Assembly: GCA_963833985.1 (NCBI GenBank)
Contig: CAWIAD010000002.1
Location: 3,072,001-3,136,000, forward strand
DNA: 64,000 nt
Reading direction: 5' to 3'
DNA from: an uncultured Planctomycetaceae bacterium
Lineage (GTDB): Bacteria; Planctomycetota; Planctomycetia; Isosphaerales; Isosphaeraceae
In this document: piece after piece, positions 29,408-38,921 of the stretch
How the letters are laid out: every line of letters begins with the position of its first letter
Numbering within the stretch: the stretch's first letter is position 1
Made by a program: the position numbers and the translations under genes
The notes under the pieces: model-generated
Told to the model about the DNA's origin: nothing
Seen by the model: the letters and a program-made list of their open reading frames with translations, nothing else
Database searches by the model: none

Positions 29408-29614
29408 ATGTACCGGCATTACATGCAGAGATCCATAGTTGAATTGGAGGCGATCTATCGAGGATCGTTATCTGACGAGGGAACCCTACGCCAGTTGCTT
29501 TTAGAGCTTAATCACCGCAATACCAGACGAGCAATGGTTTTACTGGATTTGGTCACCAGCAGGCTGAGTGAGATCGCGTCTGATAAGATGCTCGCCAGGA
29601 ACCCATGTCCGTGA
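29408..29614 (+). CDS. Small hypothetical helical protein or 5' remnant of a larger gene in AT-rich DNA
   Basis: GAGG RBS-like sequence upstream; amphipathic YMQRSIVELEAIY..LRQLLLELNHR..RRA; followed by degraded sequence and array C. Confidence 0.4.
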   Translation: MYRHYMQRSIVELEAIYRGSLSDEGTLRQLLLELNHRNTRRAMVLLDLVTSRLSEIASDKMLARNPCP

Positions 29615-29768
29615 ACAGGTCGATTGTGGGAAGATTGCCTGACGCGAGAGTAATCGAGTGCTCTCTTCCGAGGAAATCGCAGTCAGGCAGGACTTTACGT
29701 TCGACCTCGAAAAGCGCTTCAAGAGAGCTTTCCCTGCCGACGTGCGTAGCCTTGCCAGCCCCAGCCCA

Positions 29769-29882
29769 GGAATGCTTCGGTGTCAGTTCATTTTTCTGGC
29801 GCAGGAATGCTTCGGTGTCGGAATGCTTCGGTGTCAGTTCATTTTTCTGGCGGAATGCTTCGGTGTCAGATCATTTTTCCCG
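29769..29882 (+). repeat. Array C: 4 units starting GGAATGCTTCGGTGTC with the same core as arrays A/B
   Basis: Units at 29769, 29804 (truncated), 29820, 29852; the last overlaps the comEC stop (29871-29873). Confidence 0.95.
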
Positions 29883-32482
29883 AGGCAGGAGTTGTGGTCC
29901 AGTTTGATGCGGGTGATCCAGGAACCCCTCCGTGATGATCTGATCCGAACGCCACTTGAAGTGCACGGCCCCGCGCTGCCAGGTCCGCAGGAGTGGAATC
30001 CCGCTTCGCTCAAGGGGCATGAGGGCGTCGCTCGTCCCGGGGGCGGGCATCCTCTGGCTAACCACAACGGCTCGGGGTTTGGCCCAGGAGTAGAGCCAGG
30101 GAGGATTGGCGGACCGTCCGCCATGGTGGGGGGAGAGCATCAGGTCGATGGGCTCGGGCTGAGCCTGGGCGACCAGCTCGACGAGGCCGAGCTGGTCCAG
30201 GTCGCCGGTGAGCAGGAGGTGGTGGCCAAGGTGCTCGACGTCGAGGACCAGGCTGCGGGCGTTGTCGGGCGTTTCCGGGTGCCAGCCCCGAGGCGGATGG
30301 AGCACCGTGAAATGAACGGTGGCCTGGGTCCACTGCCGCGGCGCGGCAATGGTGCGGATCGGAATGCGCCGGGCCCGGAACTGATCCAGCAGCAAGGTCA
30401 CGCCTGGGTTTTCCTCGGTCTCGGTCACGAAGCCAGCCGGGAGGACCAGCTCGCCGACCTGGAAGCGGTCCAGCAGGTCGGGAATCCCGTTGTAGTGGTC
30501 CTGGTCGGCGTGGCTGAGGTAGATGGCGTCGATCCGAGCGATCCCGCGTGACCAGAGCGCCGGGGCGATGATCCGCCGCCCCACGCGCGGGTCGCCCATG
30601 CGCCCGCAGTCATAGAGCAGGGTCCGGCCGTCGGGCAGATGCAGCACGACCGCCAGACCGTGACCGATGGCCAGCAGATCGCCTTCGAGCGTTCCGCCCG
30701 TTCGAGCCGGTGAACCGAGCAGCCAACCGGGAAACGTGCAGGCCGGCACGGCCAGCCAGAGGAGGAACCGCCAGAATCGCCAGCGCGGAATGAGGCCCTC
30801 CAGTGCGCACGCGGCGCTGGCGACCGTCGCCAGCAGGAGCAGCAGGTAGAAGACCGCGACGGTGACCCAGGTCGGGCCGGGCACGAAGACGTATCCCCAC
30901 GGCTGGGAGGCACCCCAGCGGACGATCTGCTCCGAGAGCCGCAGCAGCAGATCGGCGGCATGCACCGGCACGCTGGCCAGCGGGCTCCAGATCGCGCCCA
31001 CGACCATGCCCCCGGCCCCCAGCAGCAGGGCCAGCGAGGTGAACGGGATGAGCGGGATGTTCAGCAGGACGCCGATCGGTGAGACGAGATGGAACCGCAG
31101 CGCGACCAGCGGCAACGCGGCCAGCCAGACGACCGCGGAGGTGAGAAGGCCCCTGCCCAGCCAGGACAGGGCCCAGTCCAGACGCCTTCGCCAGCGCGGC
31201 TGATACGTACGCTTGAGCGCTTCGATGGCGTCAGACGGACGTTTGAGCATGGTCTTGACCGTGGAGACGATCTCCCCGAGCAATCCCCGGGCCATGGGGA
31301 CCAGCCAGAAGAGCGCGGCGATGGCCAGGAAGGAAAGCTGGCAGCCAACGTCGAACAGGAAGAACGGGTCCCATGCCAGGGTGAGCAGGGCGGCCAGTGC
31401 CAGGGTGTTGGCCGGCGCGAGGACCGTTCGACAATCGCGGCCAGGCAGAAGGTGAAAGTCATGACGGCGGAACGCACCACCGAGGGAGCCAGGCCAACCA
31501 GGAGGGCGTAGCCCACGGTGCCGGCAGCCACGCCGCCGTAAACCAGCCGGCGCGGCAGGCCCAGCAGGCGCAAAAGCAGGCCGAGTGCGACGGCCAGGAT
31601 CTGGATTTGAAGGCCCGAAATCGCCAGCAGGTGGGTGGTGCCGGTGCGGGCGAAGGCGTCGTTGGTCTCCGGATCGATGTCCTCGCGCTGGCCGAGGATC
31701 AGGGCTGAGGCCAGAGGCGCGGTACGTTCGTCGAGCGGAGCGACGAGACGGTCGCGGCAGGCGGCCCGCAGGTCACCCAGCCAGCGGTGCAGGGGCCACG
31801 CCTGGCCGTCGGGATTGACCGCAATTCCCGAGCCCTGGTCGACCGTGATGCGCAGGCGAATCCCCCGCGCCCGCAGGTACGCGCGGTAATCAAACTCGCC
31901 GGGGTTGAGCGGTCCGGCGACCCTGGAGAGCTGACCGGCCAGCTCGACGGGCTGGCCCGCGTGCAGGTCGCTCCGGTCGGCCGCGACGGTCACAAGAACG
32001 CGGCAGGAGACGTGGCGCCAGCGGCTGCCGTCGCAGACCGCGGTGAGCTCGACCTCCAGGCGCGTGAGAATGCGCTCGGGGTCCCCGGGGCCATAGCCTG
32101 TTGCGCTGCGGGTGCCCAGCGTTTCGGCGATGACTCCGCGTGCCCAGACCGCCTGGCTGGCCTCGCCGACACTGCTGCTCACATCGTCATCCGGCAGGTC
32201 GTTCCAGCAGTGGTGGTGCCAGCCCGCGGCCAGGGCCAGGATGGCCGCCAGCATGCTCGCCCGCGAGCCCAGCGCGTGACGCAGGGCCAGGCAGGCGACG
32301 GTGGAGGCGGCGAGGGCCAGGCCGGCCCAGGTTTCCGTAGCCAGGGAGCCAAGATGGCGATCGATGATGATTCCGCAGGCGAACGCTGCCAGGGCCGGAG
32401 CCAGCGGTGCGATCGACACGCAGGGGCGCTGCGAATCCTGGATGGCTGCCAGCGGATCTGGAGCGCTCAGGGAACCGTGCAC
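29871..32482 (-). CDS. comEC: DNA uptake competence protein ComEC/Rec2 (DUF4131 + competence + MBL domains); frameshift ~31420
   Basis: NPGEFDYRAYL, TGTTHLLAISGL, PSVVRS in ORF 31061..32482; GCQLSF, GHGLA, YDCG, SHADQDHYNG, LTGD, PHHG in the 29871 frame. Confidence 0.93.
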
Positions 32483-32794
32483 GAGCTGTCCTCACGCGGA
32501 CACCGCGATCCACGAAGCGGGGTGTGGACGGAGCCCCGCCGTGGGCCACTCCATCGTACCTCAGGGCCGGCATCGCTCCGATCATCCACCCCGGGAACCG
32601 CGCGAAATGCTTCTGTCGAACCCGCGTGCCGCACGAGATTGTTCTGGTCGAGGGGCGAGCCGCTCATTATCCTGGAGCCATCTGATCGTGCCGGCGTCCT
32701 CGAGCGCAGCGCGATCCCCGTTTCCCATCCGCTCCGCATCGGCAGTCCATCACCGGGATTGTGGCGTCCAAGATCTCACCTGAGGTGCCGTCTC

Positions 32795-34057
32795 ATGCAT
32801 CGCGTTCATCCCTGCGGCGGAGTGAGCCGCCGCCAGCTCCTCGCCTCCATTCCCGCCTCTGCTTCAGTTCTGGGGGCCATCGCGGGCGCTTGCGCGCTGG
32901 CGGAGCAGGCTCAGGAGCAAGGCCCGGCAAGCGTCTCGCATGCGGGATCCGGCAAGGGTCCCAGGAGCAAGTTCGCGGCGCCTGGTGCTTACCCAGGCCG
33001 GGTGATCGAGGTGAAGAACGCCGCGATGATCCACCAGGGGGTCAAGAGCCACGAGGCCATCAAGGCATCGCTCGAGAAGGGGCTCATGGAGCTGACGGGC
33101 GCGCCGCACGCGGTGGACGCCTGGAAGACCTTCTTCGAGCCTGGCGACGTGGTGGGCATCAAGGTCGTGCCCAACGGCCAGCCGTACGCGCATTCCTCCT
33201 TTGAGCTGGTTCTGGAGATCATCGAGGGGCTGAAGGCGGCCGGCGTCAAGACGCAGGACATGTTCGTCTACGATCGTTACCGCGACGAATTCTTGCAAGC
33301 CGGTTATCAGAAGATCCTGCCGGCAGGCATCCGCTGGGGCGGCCTGACGGCGGAAGGAGGCGACCAGTTCCAGCTCGACTATCCCTCGTTCCGCAACGAC
33401 CCGATCGCCGGCTACGACCGCGACACGTTCGTCCGCATGGATCTCATCCCGTACGGCCACGACCCGAAAGACGAGCGGATGTACCGCTCGCACCTGGGCA
33501 AGCTGGTTTCACGAGTGGTGAACAAGATCGTCGCGGTTCCGGTGCTCAAGGACCATCACGCGGCCGGCGTGACGGGCGCGCTCAAGAACATGAGCCACGG
33601 TTCGGTGAACAACGTGGCGCGCTCGCACAGCAACAGCTTCACGGTCGTGTGCAACCAGTTCATTCCCCAGGTGGTGACGCATCCGGTCATCCGGGAGAAG
33701 TTCGTCCTGCACATCATGGACGGGATCCGCGGCGTCTTCCACAACGGTCCGTTCGCCTGGGCGAAGGATGAAGGCAAGTGGTGCTGGGAGCACAATGCGT
33801 TGCTGCTGGCGACAGACCCGGTCGCGCTGGACCACATCGAGTGGGACATCATCGACGCGGAGCGGGCGCGCCGGAAGCTGGCGCCGGTTGGGGGATCGGG
33901 CAAGCTGGCGGCCAACCCTCTCGGCGACGAGGGCTTCGACGTCCGCCAGCCGCAGTACATCGCGCTGGCCGGGGCCCTGGGCATGGGGAGCTTTGAGAAG
34001 GTCTCGTCGCCGCGCGGCCGGAGATACCTCATCCAGCACAAGGTCGTGACCGTGTGA
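32795..34057 (+). CDS. Tat-exported DUF362 domain protein
   Basis: SRRQLL signal; GDVVGIKV, VPVLKDH..AGVTGALKN, DPVALD motifs. Confidence 0.85.
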   Translation: MHRVHPCGGVSRRQLLASIPASASVLGAIAGACALAEQAQEQGPASVSHAGSGKGPRSKFAAPGAYPGRVIEVKNAAMIHQGVKSHEAIKASLEKGLMELTGAPHAVDAWKTFFEPGDVVGIKVVPNGQPYAHSSFELVLEIIEGLKAAGVKTQDMFVYDRYRDEFLQAGYQKILPAGIRWGGLTAEGGDQFQLDYPSFRNDPIAGYDRDTFVRMDLIPYGHDPKDERMYRSHLGKLVSRVVNKIVAVPVLKDHHAAGVTGALKNMSHGSVNNVARSHSNSFTVVCNQFIPQVVTHPVIREKFVLHIMDGIRGVFHNGPFAWAKDEGKWCWEHNALLLATDPVALDHIEWDIIDAERARRKLAPVGGSGKLAANPLGDEGFDVRQPQYIALAGALGMGSFEKVSSPRGRRYLIQHKVVTV

Positions 34058-34082
34058 GTGACAGGTCCGGTTCTTGCCGTCG

Positions 34083-34583
34083 TCACTGCTTGGGGACGAA
34101 GAAGATCCGCACGCTCGACATCAGCCATTTGTCCCCTTGCTTCACACGCACCTGGTAGAAGGGGATCTTGGGTGAATCGAGCTTGAGCGTGTTGGTGTCG
34201 AACGTGCCGGCGATCACCAGGATGTCGGGGGCGAGGAACTTCGCATACTCGACGGTGTTCCTGGACTTGATGGTCTCCGGCTTCTTGAACAGGTCGGCGT
34301 AGAACCGCTCGATCTCGGCGCGGCCGTCGTAGGTCTTGGTCTTCAGGCCCGAGTCGTCGCGGGTGGTCATGGAGACCTGTGCGTCTTCGAGGTAATAGTC
34401 CGCCATCTCCCTGGCATTGCAGGTATCGAAGGTCGCGGCACCCTGCTCGGTGAGCTTGAGCGCCAGGGTCATGGCCTCGTCGGCCGGAGCGTCGCTGTTG
34501 GAGCCCGCCAGACAGGCGGTGCCAGCCGCAGCCAGAACGATGGCGGCGGCCAGGAAGAGCGGAAACGCGGCTTCACGCATCAT
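34083..34583 (-). CDS. Secreted NTF2-like (SnoaL/DUF4440) protein
   Basis: AGGAG RBS, signal peptide, A.YY.EDA, GRAEIERFY, VKQGDKWLM pattern. Confidence 0.7.
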   Translation of the reverse strand: MMREAAFPLFLAAAIVLAAAGTACLAGSNSDAPADEAMTLALKLTEQGAATFDTCNAREMADYYLEDAQVSMTTRDDSGLKTKTYDGRAEIERFYADLFKKPETIKSRNTVEYAKFLAPDILVIAGTFDTNTLKLDSPKIPFYQVRVKQGDKWLMSSVRIFFVPKQ

Positions 34584-34696
34584 GGCAACTCTCCTTGCAG
34601 TGGGGTGTGAAAGTCCTCTGTCTCCTATTGCAACGGCTCGGAGGGCAGATCGCAATGCGTGAGCGGCATCGGGCCGGTGATGTTCGGGCCTGTCGA

Positions 34697-35881
34697 TCAC
34701 GGACCCGGCTGGCGAGAAGCGGCCGCAGTGGAGGGTGGCTGAGCCGGCTGCGACGCGGGCGCACCCGCCACGGGGTCGGGGTTTGTGTCGGGCTTGCGCG
34801 GTTCCAGCGTCTTGATCATGCGCAGCAGTGCGCTATCGGTCGTCAGGATGAGCCGGGTCTCTCCCTTGAACGCCTCCTTGTAGACTTCCAGCGTGCGGAC
34901 GAAGTTATAGAACTCTCCCGATTCCCGGATGGCCTTGGCGTACGCGTCGATGATGTCGGCGTCGGCCTTTCCCTTGAGCGAGTTCGCCTCCTGCTTGCCC
35001 TCGCCCTCGATCTTCTGGACCTCCGCCTGCGTCTTGTTGATGATTTCCTTCTTGCGCTGTTCTCCCTCGCTGGTGGTCTTGGTGGCGATCGCCTCCATGA
35101 GCGACACGGTGCGCTCGAAGGCGGCTTCGCGCACCTGGGGCACGAACTCGATCCGCGAGAGGCCCACATCCACCAGCTCGATGCCGCGGCCCTTGCCCGA
35201 GCCGGTCTTGTTTCCGTCCTGGGCCAGCGCGTGCTGGGCTTCTTCCTTGATCTGATCCATGAGGTGCAGCCTGCCGAGGGTCACGGACTCCCTGGCCTCG
35301 GGCGGGACGACAAAGTCGGGGACGGACTGCTGGAGGGCGCCGCGCGCCTGGTACCGGCGGCGGGGTCTCCGGTCGCGGAGACCGCGGCCCCGGCGAGAGC
35401 CTCGGGAGGCAGCCCCAGGGTGTAGGTCATTCCTCGGTTGGTGCTGCGAACGATCTCGGAGAGGTTGTGCGTGGTGATGGTGTCTTCGAGCCGTGCTGCG
35501 CACGAACTCCTTGACGCGCGACTCGGCGTTGGCCACCGTGCGCAAGGTTTGCACGAACTGGGCGGGGTCGGTGATCCGCCAGACGGCCCAGACGGTCACT
35601 TCCACCTTCTTGCCGTCGGCTGTGGGTACGTCGACCAGCTTTTCGGTCTGTCTGGTGCCGTGCCAGACCTGGAGCGTCTTGGGGAGGCGCAGGACCTCCT
35701 GGAAGAGCGGCAGCTTCATGTACAGCCCGGGCCTGGTCCGGCTGGCGACCGGCTGGCCGAACTGCAAGAGCACGGCCAGCTCACGCTCGCTCACCGTGTA
35801 GAAGAGCATCTGGCTGAGCGGTGCGGAAAGGACCAGGAGCACGCCGGCCGCCAGCGCGATCCATTGACGGCGCGTCATCAT
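34697..35881 (-). CDS. hflC: Protease modulator HflC; apparent compensating frameshifts ~35486 and ~35340
   Basis: FGQPV...PGLYMKLP, T.D.K, WRITDP..F, GIELVDV, FYNFVRTLEVY, L.TDS. The segment DTITTHNLSEIVRS is in another frame. Confidence 0.88.
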   Translation of the reverse strand: MMTRRQWIALAAGVLLVLSAPLSQMLFYTVSERELAVLLQFGQPVASRTRPGLYMKLPLFQEVLRLPKTLQVWHGTRQTEKLVDVPTADGKKVEVTVWAVWRITDPAQFVQTLRTVANAESRVKEFVRSTARRHHHHAQPLRDRSQHQPRNDLHPGAASRGSRRGRGLRDRRPRRRYQARGALQQSVPDFVVPPEARESVTLGRLHLMDQIKEEAQHALAQDGNKTGSGKGRGIELVDVGLSRIEFVPQVREAAFERTVSLMEAIATKTTSEGEQRKKEIINKTQAEVQKIEGEGKQEANSLKGKADADIIDAYAKAIRESGEFYNFVRTLEVYKEAFKGETRLILTTDSALLRMIKTLEPRKPDTNPDPVAGAPASQPAQPPSTAAASRQPGP

Positions 35882-36885
35882 CTCCGGTCTCCTTTCGAGT
35901 CGATGTTCAGGAGCGGCAAGAGCTGTTTCAGATCCGCGTCGATGATGGTCTTGTCCTTGACGCTGACGAGCAGGTCCTGCATGGCTTCAAGGTAGAGCCG
36001 CTGGCGTGTCACGTCGGGTGCCCGCTGGTAGGCGTGGTACTTGGCCAGCAGCGCCTCGATTTCACCCTGGGCCTCGGCCCGGCGCCGGGCCGCATATCCT
36101 TCGGCCTCGCGGATCAGCTTGTCGCGTGCGGCCCTCGCTTCCGGCAGCAGCTTGTTGCGCTCGGATTCGGCCTCGTTTTCCAGCTTCTGCTTCTGCTGGA
36201 TTGCCGCGTTGACCTTGTCGAACGCGGGCCGGACGCGGTCGGGCGGGATGACGCGCTGCATTTGCAGGGCGGTGATGGTGATGCCGCATTCGTAAGTATC
36301 AAGGATGCGCTGGGTGTCGGCGCGCGCCTCGTAGGCGATGTGGCTGCGCTCGGGGCCGATGACCTCGTCGAAGGAGTGATCGCCCACCAGCCGGTTCATG
36401 ACGGTGCGGGAGACGAAGGTGATCAGGTCCGAGGCGAAGTCGTCCTTCGCCTCACGAGGAAAGCGGAAGAGGTATTGCTCCGGCTCGGTGACCCGCCACT
36501 GCACGGTCCATTCCACCGAAGCGGCGTTGAGATCCCCGGTGAGCATGAGCGTCTCGTCCTCGTGTCCGGGCTCAGCGACGTTCTGGCCGCTTGACTCGGA
36601 GCCCAGGGGCAGGCGCATGCCGTGCTCCTCGACGCTGACCTTGAAGACCTGGTCAAACAGCGGGAGCTTGAAATGCAGGCCAGGCATCGTCGTCGCCTGG
36701 TACTTGCCGAACCGCAGGACGACGGCCTGCTCGTGCGGGGCCACGGTGTACGAGGAGTCAACCAGGATCATCAGCAGGAGCAGGAGACCGATGGCCCAGG
36801 GGATGAACGGGAGATAACGCTGCCAGTGCTCGCCGCGTGAACCGCGGCGCCGGACCCGGCGGGCGTATTCTTCGTAAGATTCCAT
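35878..36885 (-). CDS. hflK: FtsH protease modulator HflK
   Basis: VVLRFGKY...PGLHFKLP, MLTGDLN, V..AF..VN.A.Q, EAEGY, APDVTRQRLYLE; overlaps hflC start. Confidence 0.92.
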   Translation of the reverse strand: MESYEEYARRVRRRGSRGEHWQRYLPFIPWAIGLLLLLMILVDSSYTVAPHEQAVVLRFGKYQATTMPGLHFKLPLFDQVFKVSVEEHGMRLPLGSESSGQNVAEPGHEDETLMLTGDLNAASVEWTVQWRVTEPEQYLFRFPREAKDDFASDLITFVSRTVMNRLVGDHSFDEVIGPERSHIAYEARADTQRILDTYECGITITALQMQRVIPPDRVRPAFDKVNAAIQQKQKLENEAESERNKLLPEARAARDKLIREAEGYAARRRAEAQGEIEALLAKYHAYQRAPDVTRQRLYLEAMQDLLVSVKDKTIIDADLKQLLPLLNIDSKGDRR

Positions 36886-37066
36886 GCGCGAATGCCTTGG
36901 GATTGAGAACGTAGGGCAGAGCCATGTGGGTCTGCCGGAAACACGGGCCGTCCAGGTGTACCCGGTCCGGCCCGAGTGCGGGAATCTGCCAGGCTGCGTC
37001 GTACGGGTGTCTTCGTCGCACTGGCGAAAAACTTGGATGGCTGCCCGCCGCCGGGCGAGCCGGAAC

Positions 37067-38635
37067 TCACGCCAGACTGAGCCGATCACGGGCCTCGGCG
37101 ATACCCGGAGCGGGGCGGCCGAACTCGCTGGCGGTGACCCGGGCCAGTGCCACGAGCTGTCGCCACCGGAACGCCGGCCGGGTCGCGGCAAACTCCTCGC
37201 TGACAGTACGATAATACTTCTCGGCGTGCAGCGCGCCATCCTCGGTCACCGCGAACCGCAGCAGCAGATCGAACACTGGCCGGGCCGGCAGATCGAGCGA
37301 TCCGATCTTCTGAGTCACGGCGCAGGCGCGGGCCTGGTCCTGGCCGCGGACCGCGGTCTCGAGCTCGGCCAGCAATGCGCCGGGGTGCGTCTCCTTGATG
37401 GCGTCCAGGTCGGCGCCAATCGGCCGCGGGGACCAGTGCAGGAAGTCTCCCCCACGGTTGACCCGGTCGTCGGCCACCTGGTAAGCGCCCAGGATCAGGC
37501 AGGCGATCGTGTTGCGGCGGTTGCCAAGGTGCGCGATGTTGCGCCAGGCGTTCGCGGAATCACACGCGTGAACGCCGATCGAGTCGCCGTGGACGCTGCC
37601 GGGGGGCTTGCCGGGCTGGGCCTCGCGCGCGGTCCGGCCGGCATCGCGGAGGATGAGCTGGTTGGCGGCCAGTGCGATCGCCTCACCGATGCCGTCCGCC
37701 GCGATCCCCTCACCGAGCGCGGCCGCGACGGCCTCCGCGGCCTGTTCCGGCGTCCCCTCGAAGATGGTGCGGCTTATGCGGTTGACCCAGTCGTCGTCCG
37801 GACGACGCGAGCCCGGCGCCTGACCCAGAAGGTGATACTCGTCCAGCAGCCTGGGCAGAACGGTGCGCGGCCGATCGATCTTCGCCGTATGCTCCCATTG
37901 CCGTTCGCTCTTGACGCAGTAACGGACCGACTGGCGCAGCAGCGTGAGAGCCCGCTCCGTCCCGATCAGCGAGAGCAGATCCCAGGCGCGGTAGGGCAGG
38001 ACTGTGCGATGCACTTCCGCGTTGTCCTGGACGGCGTAAAGCAGATCGTTGAACGCCTCGTCGGCACCTCGGCCGGCCAGCGCCGCGAAGGTGCGCTCGG
38101 CGGCCTCAAGGTCCCTGGAGCGCACGGCGTCGCGGAGTAGCTCGCCTCCGGGGTGACCGGCCGGGAGGGCAGCCGGGACAACCGGATGCAGGACCTCGTG
38201 CCCGGGACCGCCGCTCTCGTGGATCCGGTTGCTATTGCGGTACAGCACCTTGATCACGGGGAGCGGCTGCTGCTCCACGGAGAGTTCACGCGCCATGTGA
38301 AACGCCGGCGCGAAGGCCATCATGGTGTGGAAGCCCACGTAATCCTCGCCGCCGAACGTCCGTGCGTTCGCCAGCGCGGCTGCCGCGACGATCTGCTTCA
38401 GCGCGGTGCCCTGCCGGAGCTGATCGACGATTACCCCGACGATCCGGGCGGGCGGCGTTTCCTCCATGAGAGTGACCAGCGGCTCGATCGGCCCGAACGT
38501 CAGTCGCTCCGGCGGATTCCCTGCTTCCACGGTTCCCAGGCCAAGGTCGGCCACGGTCGTGGAGCCAACCGTGGCGATCAGCATCCCCTTGCCCACGTCC
38601 GCAAGGAATTCCCGACGCTTGTTCCGCGTGCGCAT
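37067..38635 (-). CDS. Conserved hypothetical Tat-signal helical-repeat protein
   Basis: RREFLADVGKGM leader; His-containing motifs GFHTMMA, HRTVL, GVHACD, ALHAEKYY suggest metal binding (inference). Confidence 0.7.
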   Translation of the reverse strand: MRTRNKRREFLADVGKGMLIATVGSTTVADLGLGTVEAGNPPERLTFGPIEPLVTLMEETPPARIVGVIVDQLRQGTALKQIVAAAALANARTFGGEDYVGFHTMMAFAPAFHMARELSVEQQPLPVIKVLYRNSNRIHESGGPGHEVLHPVVPAALPAGHPGGELLRDAVRSRDLEAAERTFAALAGRGADEAFNDLLYAVQDNAEVHRTVLPYRAWDLLSLIGTERALTLLRQSVRYCVKSERQWEHTAKIDRPRTVLPRLLDEYHLLGQAPGSRRPDDDWVNRISRTIFEGTPEQAAEAVAAALGEGIAADGIGEAIALAANQLILRDAGRTAREAQPGKPPGSVHGDSIGVHACDSANAWRNIAHLGNRRNTIACLILGAYQVADDRVNRGGDFLHWSPRPIGADLDAIKETHPGALLAELETAVRGQDQARACAVTQKIGSLDLPARPVFDLLLRFAVTEDGALHAEKYYRTVSEEFAATRPAFRWRQLVALARVTASEFGRPAPGIAEARDRLSLA

Positions 38636-38921
38636 CGAAGTCTCCTTTCTCGAGGCAGAACGCCTCTCGACTTGATTGCCAGCCCGCGCTGGAAAGGAAA
38701 TCGAGGCAGCCGTCATTGTTGATGCGGGAGCGCCGCGGCGACAAGCGGCCTCCCGGGAACGGCGCCCCTGGCGGCCATGGGCCACGCACGCGATGGCACG
38801 GCTTGCACCGGCAAGGAACAATGGCTAGGCTACCGGTCGCATCCGTTGCATGTCCCGGATTGGTCTGTCGGATTGGTCCCGGACGGGTCGAGGTCCGTGT
38901 CACGATCGAGAGTCACACGCC

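Noticed and set aside
26442..29882. CRISPR array interpretation of arrays A, B and C
   Set aside because: There are no unique constant-length spacers; intervening pieces are truncated repeats or copies of adjacent sequence, and no cas genes are present.
8860..29990. Prophage, ICE or integron call for the accessory region
   Set aside because: No integrase, phage structural, conjugation or attC-like features were recognised; no tRNA or rRNA genes were seen in the window.
22558..30127. Diversity-generating retroelement (TR/VR) interpretation of the comEC duplicates
   Set aside because: Differences are largely synonymous third-position changes, not adenine-specific, and there is no reverse transcriptase in the window.
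31787..32794. Long N-terminal extension of the DUF362 ORF
   Set aside because: It overlaps comEC on the opposite strand; the Tat signal indicates the start at 32795.
35340..35490. His/Arg-rich insertion (RRHHHH...) in HflC
   Set aside because: It is an out-of-frame reading between two compensating frameshifts; the alternative frame gives HflC-like DTITTHNLSEIVRS.
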